Below are positions 1-11,149 of a stretch of 64,000 nt of DNA, one piece after another (the first letter of the stretch is position 1; the number at the start of each line of letters is the position of its first letter). Source of the stretch: Mobula birostris (Eukaryota); assembly GCF_030028105.1 (NCBI RefSeq), contig NC_092379.1:24297821-24361820 (forward strand), written 5' to 3'. A program made the position numbers and the translations under genes. The notes under the pieces were generated by a model. It made no database searches, had not been told where the DNA came from, and saw only the letters and a program-made list of their open reading frames with translations.

Positions 1-2257
1 ACGTTTTTCATAAAAAAATGCCAAGTGTTTGGAATTCAAAAATAAATCTCGAAATAGCCACGTCAGACTGCTTCCACAGCAGAAGTGAAATATGACTTAA
101 CGTTCCTGTTCAAGGAGACTCGTCAAAAGAGGAGACGAGATAAAAAATAAACTTTGTGGAATAAATGGGTGGGCGGGGAGTGGATAAACACGGTTAAAAT
201 TGGCAATAAGATGTTAAACAAATGTTGTCTAATCATTGAGTTAATCTGTAAGGTCAGAAATTACGAACACGTACAAACGAACTTCAATGAAATAATCTAC
301 CAACTATTAAATGCAGAGAAGGAATACGTGCCGGATAAACCAGGATTGCCACCATTACTGGAACTTTAAACGTACTAAGAGAGCGGAAAGTGCTTATTAT
401 TCAAGTTACGCCTCAGATAGTAATGCCTCACCGCCTTATTTATTAGCTTTCTGCAGATATCCACAACTATGCGTGTGGGACAGTACCGTATTTTTTAATT
501 GTGTCGTCTGGTTGTTAACTCCGTACCGTGGGAAATGGACTCTGGCGGTTTTCATACTGTTCAGAATTGTACAAAAATTGTAAACCTCTCCGAAGTTAGA
601 TTTAAACTGCAATGCTCTAATGAAAATAAATCCAGACGATTCAACAGCTGGAAATAATTAAAGCCTTATCTGGTATCACGTACCTGATAAGGTACAGACC
701 CATTTCCTATATTCTTCCCATTCTGACCTGCAGTTAGTCCGGCGTGAATCCATTGTTATCACTGACAGGGACTAGTTCAACTGCACTGAAATTCTCAGTA
801 CCTTAACGTGGTTTCAGATGCTACTGAGTATGAGAACTCAGACATGAATCAACAGTAAGCTAACTTAGCACATTCGGTTGCTGTCGAAACACGCTCTAGT
901 GACGAGATCGGACCATATTCCGCTGCAGCCGGTTCCCAGTTTGTGGAAAGTTCATTAGTATCATAGAATACGTAACCTTACAGTGTTATTGGGTATATTC
1001 TAGCTCTCAGAGAAATCCGCCTTTTCAGGGAGATTCATATACTTGCAAATCAGTAAATTCGTCAAAAAAGTAAATTCGTAAACTACAAATGAGTGAAATG
1101 GAATTCGGAAGTCACTGTAACCGAGGGTTTTTTTTCGCGGCAGTAAGCAAGATAGTCCTACTGCTCACTGTCGCTACTCACCATAAGTAATAATTTCGCT
1201 TGTGACACCACTTTTTACTGGGCGTATCTCGAAATGCGGCTCGTTCGTCCCTCAAGCAGAAAAAGAAAAAGAAACAAAACTAAAAAAAAAGTTCCACTAC
1301 ATTTAACTCAGTCCAAATCTGCACATAAACATAGAAAACATAGAAGCATAGAATAGATAAAACATAATAAATGCACTTGGGCCTACTTTCCTGTGCCGAA
1401 AATGCACTTAATTTAGAAACTATGGTTACCCATAGGCTTCAATTTTTCTAAATTGAAACTCATCTTGAAGCTGTCGTTAACTGCCACGCTGGACTCATGG
1501 TCTCCGTGAGGGCACATACCACAATCCGAATGTCGCTCGAAATCCACCTCGAACAAAGAAACTCTTCCACGGGAGTATAAGTCCTTCCTCCTTGAAGCCA
1601 TTACTTTGCACCAAACACCTGTGAAAAAGGGATGGTATCACCATCTCTCTTTCCTCATGTCTTCTTCCAGCTCCATCAAAAAGACATCGGCCCACGTCAG
1701 TGTCCGTCAGGGAAACCTCTCCGCTTGTGTCCACCACAACCTTCTCACAATTCCACCATCCTGATTGGCTTACAAAACACTTCTAGGTTGAACAACAAAG
1801 CATCATACCTTTAACTTCCAGCCAATTATGCTAAACGCAGAACAGACTGTTCTTGGAAAACTGCTAAAATAAGTACCTACAGCATAGCACTAATCGGGGT
1901 GTGAAGGTTACCTGTAATATCCAATTATCTCTGTATCGGTCAGCATGAAACTATTCGGATCTTGAGCTGTCACTTACTGGATTTCCATCCCAATCTCAGA
2001 GCTTGGCTGTTCATATCGTTTTCAGAGATTTCCGTCTCTGGTCATATGACCCCGCCAACCCCGAGAAACAAAGCGAAATCGTTTTGGAATATCTCGCTCA
2101 AATTTCTCCCATAGTAATCCGAATCAGGTCTTAAGGAGATGACTCTGGGAAGCAGCATTGGTAATTCAGGGATGCAGACTGCCCCGCAGGCGTTCATTTC
2201 TCGGGAGTAGTTTCTGGTCAACTCCCCACCGCCGTAGTCCATAACATGATTCTTCAC

Positions 2258-2335
2258 GGCAAGTCACAAACGGCCTTTATCATACCCACCCCGAAGTCCA
2301 GTAGATCACAGAGCCGGCCAGCGGCCTCATAAACC
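2258..2335 (-). other. RSS-flanked D2-like or J-like segment (13-nt-spacer RSS at 2307-2335, no 3' RSS)
   Basis: Minus strand reads GGTTTATGA-13 nt-CTCTGTG, then ATCTACTGGACTTCGGGGTGGG. Read outward the RSS is CACAGAG/13/TCATAAACC. The core start resembles chondrichthyan IgH D2 sequences, and one frame gives LDFGVG (FGxG-like). No downstream heptamer was found. Confidence 0.5.
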
Positions 2336-2574
2336 TTCCGTCACTCTGTGGGTGTCTTACGCTGTGGTTCTCAATCTCGGCCATCCTAGTCCCGAAGTCG
2401 AAAGGAGACAAACCAACGTGATTTTTCACTAGGCTTCCACTGACAGATGCTCCTCGGTATTTCGTTCCAAACACATCTCCAGTTCAACTTAGACCGACTC
2501 CCATTTTATCCTCTCGGAATATGATTTACATTCATGGATTCCAGGTTAAAGTTGGGGGAACCGTTCGAAAATCC

Positions 2575-2657
2575 CAATTTACAGAGGGAGGAGGGCTATC
2601 TCTTGCATTGTGCCACCCTCTATAGTAACGACTATGATGTACCGACATACAAAAAAA
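2575..2657 (-). other. IgH-type D segment (core 2613-2629) with 12-RSS and 22-RSS; 5' heptamer defective
   Basis: Minus strand reads TTTTTTTGT-12-CATAGTC [GTTACTATAGAGGGTGG] CACAATG-22-TGTAAATTG. The core encodes YYRGW in one frame, like shark D1 cores, and lies about 350 bp from the V RSS as in chondrichthyan Ig clusters. The 5' heptamer reads GACTATG outward, so the essential CAC is lost. Confidence 0.7.
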
Positions 2658-3008
2658 CAATGTCCCTCTGACTATCTTCCAGCACAGTTACTCCGCAGTG
2701 AAATCGAACTAGAGGAATAATTTATCCGTGATCATCAACTTTCTCATAGCCTGATCATTGACTGTCACGTGTAAACCAAAGTCCCACACTTTGACTAACT
2801 AGACCAGTGATCCAACTTCCATGCACGGCTTTTGGCTCGGAGCTGCTATCCGACGTGATCCGGTGAACTATCTGTCTATCTATCTATCATACCTTCTCAG
2901 GATTTCCCGTTAACAACCCGACTTCCATTGCATTGACGACGGAACGTGCCCAGAAAGACTGAAATACAGCCTCAGCGATCACTGCCCTGATGGATGGCGC
3001 TCTCGCTG

Positions 3009-3047
3009 TGTTATTGTTCCGGTCCAGTCGCGATTTTTCTCACTGTG
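3009..3047 (-). other. 23-RSS of V1
   Basis: CACAGTG + 23-nt spacer + ACAATAACA, immediately after the YYCAR codons. Confidence 0.92.
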
Positions 3048-3345
3048 TCTCTTGCACAATAATAGGTGGCAGTGTCATCCAGCCACAGGTTGTTCATTTG
3101 CAGATAAAAGGAGCTGATGTCCTCGAAAACTTTAAATCGGCCTTGGACTCCGAGCGCGTATGTCTTGCTACCACTAGCCCGTAAAACCGCCAACCATACG
3201 AGCCCTTTCCCGGAGACCTGTTTCATCCAATGCATGTCATAGCTGCTGAGGCTGAACCCACTGAATGCACACGTAAGTCTGTGAGACTGTGCGGGATTTA
3301 CCACCGCTGATTCGGGCTGTGTCAGCACAATCTCGGATCTCACGC
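3048..3345 (-). CDS. Immunoglobulin heavy-chain V exon, IgW/IgX-like (V1), open frame
   Basis: EIVLTQPESAVVNPAQSHRLTCAFSGFSLSSYDMHWMKQVSGKGLVWL...DDTATYYCAR, with conserved Cys/Trp/YYC. Phase-1 acceptor ttttaatttgcag. The TQPES..HRLTC..WxKQ pattern is what I recall for chondrichthyan IgW V. Confidence 0.92.
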
Positions 3346-3454
3346 CTGCAAATTAAAAAGAGCAGACGTTAATAAAATGTTACACGGACATCGGATCACA
3401 AAGCCTCAGAGAAATACTCGGCCCCGGGTGGGCGACATGCCGCGTTATACCTAC

Positions 3455-3500
3455 CTGCCATGTAAGACAAGATTAGACAGAGGTAGGAAATAACATTCAT
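3455..3500 (-). CDS. Leader (signal peptide) exon of V1
   Basis: ATG...MNVISYLCLILSYMA G|gtaggt: 46 nt, phase 1, 109-nt intron, splices in frame to GVRS-EIVLTQ. Confidence 0.88.
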
Positions 3501-3859
3501 CACTGTGAGCACTGTCAAACTTGACACTTTTGAGATTATCGGCTCAGTTCAGGGTGGATTTATCGGGAGACGCAGTGACCGATGTTTCAATAGAGAAACG
3601 GGTTCTGAGTGAATCAGGGCATCGCAGCTTGAACAAGCTCTCGCACACTGAAACAAGAGCCGCAGCTTCCTGTTCCCATCCCCAGTAGTGATTTCGAATC
3701 ACCAAAAGATGCTCGTCTCTATATAAGAGGCAGGTCAGCGGCAAAGACCAGATCCAAAATGAAGATCTGACACGCTGTATCTAATTCATCAATTGCAGCG
3801 TGCAACAGTACGTGTAAGCGGAAACATAGTGAATCCCAGGAGGAGCAAGCGACCGACAC

Positions 3860-4115
3860 CACCAGTACGGGACAGGCAGAGACTGAAAGACACCAGTCGG
3901 TGGACAAATGCCACCCTCTGAGAGAGGAAGTGAGAGACAACGGTCAGTGGACAAATATCCCCCTGTGAGACAGGGGCTGAACGACACCAGATAGTGGACA
4001 GATATCTCCTGAGAGTCGGGAACAGAGACACACTAGTAACTGGCCAGATACCCAGCAGGGAGGCAGGGACTAAGACTAACAAGGCAATGACCAGATATTC
4101 TCCTGAGGGATGCAT
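3860..4115. repeat. Degenerate ~45-bp tandem repeat upstream of V1
   Basis: About five diverged units, on the minus strand of the form ctcag(g)agatatctgtccact..ggtgtc..tcag..cctgt. Confidence 0.6.
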
Positions 4116-4324
4116 TTGAGGGACACCGGTCTATGTAGGAAAACGCACTAAACAACAAAAAGAATAACCACAACATTTTCTGTCTGTACCCATACCCGGA
4201 GAATCAATATTAAACACAAACGCCTGCGTGGAAATCGGTGTAATATATACTGATGAAAAATGTTCCTGTTAAGAGAGCTAATAAATCAATTTTAACGTAA
4301 AACCCTGCGCAAATCTACTCCACC

Positions 4325-5640
4325 CATGGGAGGCTTTAATTACATGTAGTTGTTATATTACTGGATTTATTTTCAGTGTAACGACGAAGGCAAACTCTAA
4401 CGTTGGAAACGTTCGTACAATTGTGAGCAGTATAGATAGAGCTACAGCCCTTTTCCCTTAGCACGGAACGTAAGAACCAGTGGCAAAATATATGTTACTG
4501 GGGAGTGATTAAAGCAAATTTAAGTGATATTATCCGACACATTGGGCTGCGGTTTTCTGCACATGGTTTCCAAATAAGGTCGTGCAGCTGCTACAATATG
4601 TTGTTCAAAAACGTTCGTGCAGGTGACAGAAGAGGAAACGCAGAGAGTAATGTTGTCAAATGCGGAGAAATGTCAAAATCTGTATGTCTGTCTTTCGCTG
4701 CCGAAAAACTCGGTTTCATTTCTGCACAATCCTCCGATTCTCCTGCACGGTATCCTCTACACGCTGAAAGATTTCAACCTGAGCTTTCTTGTCACTGATC
4801 ATCCCCCCCTTATTTTTGCGTTATTGTGCTGATAATTGTGGCAATTTTTGGCGTCAGCGATGGTCAACATGAATAACCCACCCCCAATTACAATAGGAAT
4901 TAGGTTTGCTGGTCGCTGGGACAAATTATATACTCTTGTACTGAGATCGTAAGTACTCGGTTCGTGATAAAGCACGTACAATGCTTTCTTGACCTGGAAA
5001 CTACTTTCCAAACGTTTTATGTCCAGCTGAACCATCAACCGCAGCATTTCTAGAATCAAATATTGAACATTATTCTTCGTTACAAATGACTTCAAACTTG
5101 TGCTAGAGTTTGGGGGTTTGCCTTCCTGAATAACTCGGAGATCTATATTAGCTGTAGTCACGACATTGTAGTTTGGCTCTTGCTTGGGTCACCCATCCCA
5201 AACAGATCAAAGGATAGAGGCTATACTGACAGTAGCCCACTGATCGTTAAGGGTTGGTGGTTCTGAAGGACGGATTATGGATCTGTGCCTCAGGAGCGAA
5301 GGGGAGAGAAGGAGGTGTGCTGTGATAATATGGGATTCGTTAGTTAGGGGAACGGAAATGCGGTTCTGTGGGCGATAACGAGATTCCCAGATGGTATGTT
5401 TCCTCCCTGGTACCAGGGCCAGGACATCTTCGATCGAACCCTGAGCGCTCTTAAGTCGAAGTATGAACAGCCAGGGTTCATGGTCCACTTATTTACCGAT
5501 GACATGGGTAGGACCAGTGACGAGGTTCTGCATAGGGTGTTCAGAGAGTTAGGTGCTAAGTTAAAGGACACGACATTCAGGTTTGTGATCTGAGGATCTC
5601 TAACCATGCCACATGCAAGTAAGGCAAATATAGGAAGATT
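4325..5640. repeat. Local duplication unit B (copy 1), containing RTE-like and CR1 ORF1 fragments
   Basis: Colinear similarity to 9130-10440, e.g. ttttca(g/c)tgtaacgacgaagg(c/g)aaactctaacgttggaaa and gacatgggtaggac..gtgacgagg..ctgcata. Confidence 0.8.
5280..5640 (+). mobile_element. CR1 LINE ORF1 esterase-domain fragment
   Basis: EQPGFMVHLFTDDMGRTSDEVLHRVFRELGAKLKDTTFRFVI resembles the CR1 ORF1 motif EQPEVVVHIGTNDIGR..DEVL..EFRELG.KLK. Confidence 0.7.
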
Positions 5641-5649
5641 ATACAAGAC

Positions 5650-5880
5650 AATGGCCAGATATCCTCCTGAGGGAAGTGTTGTCCTGTAGGAAAACACATT
5701 AAGCAACAAAAAGAAGGACTACACAATCTTCTGTCTGTACACAAACCAGGAGAATACATATTAAACACAACCCCCTGGGTGGAAATGGGTGTAATGTATA
5801 TTGATGAGATACGTTCTAGTTAAGAGTCCTAACAGATCGAATTTAACGCCAAGCCCTGGACACATCTACTCAATCCAATG
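5650..5880. repeat. Duplicated block A' (copy of ~4090-4330)
   Basis: Shared ccagatat(t/c)ctcctgaggga..taggaaaac(g/a)ca..aa.caacaaaaagaa..tctgtctgtac..attaaacacaa..gtggaaat.ggtgtaat..tctactca. Confidence 0.75.
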
Positions 5881-6030
5881 TTAGATAACTGTTTGACCTA
5901 CTTCAGACGGTGAAAGTAACAGGGCGGTTGTTGCAGGGAGCTCAGGAGCTGAAACCAAAGAGCAGGAAAAGCCATGAGTCCTGGAAGCAAATTTTGACCC
6001 AGGTATGTTGGGAAACAACCGGTTGATATT

Positions 6031-6870
6031 GATAGATAGATAGATAGATAGATAGATATACTTTACTAATCCCGAGGTAAATTGGCTTCGTTAGTGCTGC
6101 ACTAACCAAGAATAGAGCATAAATATAGCAATACAAAAAACACCAACAATCAAATAACGAAATACAAACTATGCCAGATGGAAAATAAGTCCAGAACCAG
6201 TCTATTGGCTCATGGTGTCTGACCCTCCACGGGAGGAGCTACACGTTCGATAGCCACAGGTAGGAACGACCTCCCGTGCAGCCAAGTGTTGTATCACGGT
6301 GGAATGTGGTGAAGTCCAACAGTAAAAAGTTCAATATCCAGTTTGTAAACACGTTCCTCGATCGTAAAATGCCCCGGATTGCACCATCTGCTGGTAACCA
6401 GACCATAAGCACCCAGCTCTTTTTCGTTTACCGCTTTCGGTTCACTTCCGGTCAGCCGGAACGGTATTACCCACCGAACTCCTCGTCTCCATACGTCTCT
6501 GTTGTCTCGACCCGGTCCCCTTTCCTCGACTTTGTGATCTCCCTCTGCATCCTCTGTGTGTTTTTCTCTGGATTTCGGCGGGGGTGTCCGCCGCTATGCT
6601 CGCTAAACAAGACGGCATTAGCTGGTTTCTGGAATACACAAAGTGACCTTACTTCTGTCCCGCGTGTCGGGCTGTAACCATTTCTAGCGCTAAAAAAAGA
6701 CCGAAATAAAACTCTCTCTACCAGCATGTTAATGATGGCGCAGCTTCGACGTGTTACCGTGAGAGAAAAAAGACAAAAAAGACGTAAATTAAAAAGTAAG
6801 AAGTAGGAAATAAGGATTGATTCGAACGGCTGTACCAGGCTGCATGCAAGCAAACTCACGGTGGTGGGCA
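6031..6870 (-). mobile_element. Internally deleted Rex1/Babar-like non-LTR element with (GATA)n tail
   Basis: (GATA)n at 6031-6058 followed by ctttactaatcccgagg. The minus-strand peptide YSRNQL...RKTHRGCRG resembles the N-terminal region of Rex/Babar ORFs. Confidence 0.5.
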
Positions 6871-8304
6871 TCCAATGCGCAGATCAGTAGAGTGGGCAAT
6901 TGTGTTTTGCCATCCTAATTATGGCAGTACTGCGTGCACTAAATCTTGTATCCTCGCGCAAATATAAACTGCGTTGATAGAATTACTAATCAAACCAAAT
7001 CTACCCTCTCATGAAGTGACTTGCAGTCACTCAGCACTTGTATGACTTTCGGACAAACTAGAGCGGATTGTACAAAAATAAAAAAAAAGAAAAAGGAAAT
7101 AAGAACTTTTGAAGTTTACTCACTGTTGTCATGCAGGAAAAGTGGGCCCAAATTGCGTAAAGAAATCTTTCTGATACGGCAAAGGCGTATAAAGGAATCA
7201 GGCATTCTGTGGTACTGGTTGAGGGATCAATGATTATACAGATACTGGAGAACTTGCAAAACCGTTTATACAGACCTGACACACCGACCCCGCCATAGCA
7301 GGAAATAAAATGACAAACATTATTTGTTTCCTCCAATAGGACAGCAATAATGTCGTACGGTTTGGAGGCTTCCGTGCTCTGCTGTCTGGGAGATCGATGA
7401 TGGATAGAGTCAGGGCATTGTGTTCTGGTTCTTGGTAGGGTCAAACTTTCCAGAGCGTTCAAACGAAATAGGCCAGATTAAGAATGGTCTTGTAGCCCCG
7501 GTGGTACTACGCAGGGCTAAGAAACTGTCTGATCCAAAAAAAAAAATCGTGACACAGCAATGAAGAGTCATTGAGCTGTATATTTGTGCGCAATGGCATT
7601 TAAGAACCTCCACCTAGGATTTGAATGTCTGACAGTATTGAGAATCCAGAGAAAGCTGCGGGCACCATGAAGTGAGCCATGAACACCGCCATGATCAAGA
7701 CTAAAATTTGAACATGTTGGCCTAGTGTCTTCAGGTATGAGGCAGAAACCAGGTCCCGGACCACACCTGGGGTGCAATATTGAAGATGGCCAAGGATAGA
7801 CACTCAACGTTGCCAATGTGGCTGACGCTTTATGATAGAAACTTGTCTCCAAGTTCTTGGCGCATGTGGTCTATGTCTAGTTGACTCAATTTGACACCTT
7901 CTTCGTGATTCATATATGTATCTTATGTATGTGTTGTTTGCAAACTTAATTACCTAATCACTGCACTCTGCCTTCCATTCCCAAGCCAACTTTAAATCCA
8001 ATGTAACAGGTTTCAATGAGTCTTCTGGGTCAGTCTACCAACAGTGATCTTGTCTTATTTATTATAGTGCATCACACCACACATCTTTGTCACAATTCAA
8101 AAACATATTTTCTTTGGAAAGGCATGGATCCTCTGCATAATTCCTTGCTTATCAACCTTAATGTGGCACACGCCATGAGGACTATATCAATTAGTAGGGA
8201 GAGATGCATCTTTCTTATATCGTTACCAGTAGAACTAACTGAATTCGGTCAGTGCTATGAACTTTCACTGATCCTATGATTAGTTTTCTCGAGAACAAAA
8301 TTGA

Positions 8305-8711
8305 TTAGACGGCCGAATAGTGCAGCCTGTAACATGGTTATCTTAGAGCTCTAAAAAGCAGCTTTCGTTCATGACCTCGGGCGTTGTCTGTGCTGGTAGA
8401 TTTCTCAGTTCTGTTTGAGACCTTCGGAGGTACCGGCGGTTGATCTGGTGTTCATCAACATGCTATGTTTTTTCAGCGAGCAGTTCAATGGATCGCATTA
8501 AAATACCAACGTGCGCCTTAGGAATTATGATAACTTGAAGAGACTCTGTGGAGAATAGAATTAGATCACAGAAGACAGGGACTGATGGTTCGCCAAGAAT
8601 TCGCGGATCCAACGTCCTCTCGTGTTGAAATTGGGAAAATGTAACTTTTTCTAGCATACCAGCGAATTTCAAGCAATACGAAGGAAAAAAAAAAACGATT
8701 ATCCCTGGCAT
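8305..8711 (-). pseudogene. Possible decayed leader-V unit
   Basis: Leader-like exon MPGIIVFFFPSYCLKFA G|gtatgc (8660-8711, phase 1), 114-nt intron and strong acceptor ctattctccacag at 8546. The downstream sequence has stops and only faint V motifs, and no RSS. Confidence 0.3.
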
Positions 8712-9129
8712 GTTCAAGGGCGATTATTCTTTGTTTATATCCTTATGGGCCGAAATCAACATGTTCAATAGCGCAGCCAGTTCAAGCGGGCGCACAGCAG
8801 GTCAGTTGGGTGTAATCAACGCTTATGGATTGGTGGTCAAACAGTGTAAGTGTGCAAAATCAAATCAGTGTGAAGATAGCATTATGCTTATGCAATAATT
8901 TAGTTGTCGCCTTATCAGTACCAATTTGGAGAAGCACATGTTGTGTCACGAAAGCATGACACATGCAGATAATATTTGGATATGTTTGTGTTTATAGGGG
9001 TTTATTTTGATGTTCGAGTAAGGGCGATCGACCATGAGTGCATAGTTCTCATGTATCTAGAGATATCAAATTGATGGGTGAATAATTCTGGCGTTGCCTG
9101 GAGTGGAGAACAGGTTTCACCCGTTTCCT

Positions 9130-10440
9130 GAAATGGGCGGCTTTAAATACATGGAGATGTTAAATATGCTGGTTTTATTTTCACTGTAACGACGAAGGGA
9201 AACTCTAACGTTGGAAAAGTTTGTATAATTGTGAGCAGTATAGATAGAGCTACAGCCTTTATCCTTGACAAGGAATGTAAGAACCACTGGCAAAAGTGTA
9301 TGGTTATTAGGGAATGATTAAAGAAAATTTAAGTGATAATATCCCACACACCGGGCTGCAGTTTTCTGCAAAGGGCTTCCAGAGGAGGTGGTGCAGATGA
9401 AAAAATATGTTGATCAAAAGACATTCGTGCAGGTGACAGCACAGGAAAGACAGAGAGTAATGGGGTCAAATAGAGAGAAATGACGGCTGCCGAAATATTC
9501 AATTCCTGTACTGTAAGATTCTCCAATTATCTTGCACTGTATCCTCTACGCGCTCCAAGATTTCAACGTCATCTGTAGTATCACTGATTATCCCCCCCCC
9601 CACTCTCTTTTCATACGTTTGTAGTGGTGATAATGGTGGCAGATGCTGGGGTCAGCGATAGATATCATGAATAACACCCCCCCCCCGCCAACAACTATAG
9701 GTGTTAGGTTGCATGTTATTGGGACAAATTACATATTCTTTTACTGGAATCGTAAGTACTTTCTTCGTGGTAAAACACGCACTATGCTTCCCTGACCTAG
9801 ACACGACTTTTCAAACCTTTTATGTCCAGCTGCAACATCAACTGCAGCATAGCTAGAATCAAATTTTGAACATTATTCTTCCTCCAAAGGACCACAAATT
9901 TGCCGTAGGTTTCGGAGGCTTACCTGTCTCAATGACCCGGATATCTATATTGGCTTGTGTCACGCCATTCTGGTTTGGCTTTTGGTAGGGTCACCCATCC
10001 CAAACAGGTGAAAAGATAGAGGCTACACTCAGAGTAGTCCACTGATCCTCGAGGGTCGGGGGTTCTCCAACACTGAGTCTGGCTCTGTGACTCAGAAGCA
10101 AAGAGGAGAGAAGAGACGTGCTGGGATAACAGGGAATTCGTTAGTTACTGGAACGGAAATGTGGTTCTGTGGCGTTAACGAAAATCCCGGATGGTATGCT
10201 GCCTCCCTTGTACCAGGACAGGGATATCTCCGATCGAGCCCTGGACGTTCTTTACTGGAAGCGCGAACAGCCAGATTTCATGCTCCACTTAGTTACCGAT
10301 GACATGGGTAGGACGAGTGACGAGGCTCTGCATAAAGAGCTCAGGGATTTAAGTGCTAATTTAAAGGACAAGGCATTCAGGTTTGTGATCTGAGGATTTC
10401 TACCCATGCCACATACCAGAGAGGCCAAATATAAGAATGA
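9130..10440. repeat. Local duplication unit B (copy 2), with CR1 ORF1 fragment at ~10090-10430
   Basis: Colinear with 4325-5640. The peptide EQPDFMLHLVTDDMGRTSDEALHKELRDLSANLKDKAFRFVI is paralogous to that at 5396-5593. Confidence 0.8.
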
Positions 10441-10795
10441 TATGCATATTAACACACAGTTAACGAGTTGGTTTCGGAGGGTGGTCATACGATTTTTAGA
10501 TCTCTGAACTCCCCTCCTCCTAAGATAGGACCTGCACAGAAGGGACTTATTGCACCTGAACTGAAGGTGGACATAATAGTGTAGCGAGAGGTCGCAAACG
10601 TGCAAGAAAATTCCGTTTATTATAGTAAGTGATTCTTAACTTTGCAGATATTGTTTGGGAATGTCATACTGTAAAAGGATTAGATGTGATCGAGTTTTCC
10701 AAAATTGTCCACGATGCTTTCCTTCATCAGTAAGTAGTTTCAGTATTTGACAGAAGTTTGTGTAGGGTAACACTTTGCACCCAGTGACCACAAAT

Positions 10796-10947
10796 CCAAA
10801 ACACAAAATAATCTGCAGATGCTGGGGTCAAAGCAACACTCACAACACGCTGGAGGAACTAAGCAGGTCGGGCAGCATCCGTGGAAACGATCAGTCAATG
10901 TTTCCACGGATGCTGCCCGACCTGCTGAGTTCCTCCAGCGTGTTGTG
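10796..10947. repeat. Short palindromic repeat (Penelope-end-like), 48-bp inverted arms
   Basis: Arms 10841-10888 and 10900-10947 are reverse complements with one mismatch. Related ends occur at ~41870-41970 and ~53840-53930. Confidence 0.7.
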
Positions 10948-11149
10948 CCACAATACCATTCGTTTCTAAGTTTATATGATTTATAATTCAAGAAAGTCAC
11001 GTTTTGGTGGTACCAGAAATGGTCTGGCAAGTCAGAGGTTGGGACAGGCGTTTTTTTTTTTGCTTTTTTTTGCATGCAAAGGCGAAAGTAATGAGCTTCA
11101 AAAACTACATTTTGAGAGTACAAAGTTTGTGTGTGCCATCAGAATAAAA

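Noticed and set aside
3501-3526. CACTGTG next to the V1 ATG and a TGTCAA-AC-TTGACA palindrome
   Set aside because: No nonamer at 12 or 23 spacing in either direction; a short palindrome of unknown significance.
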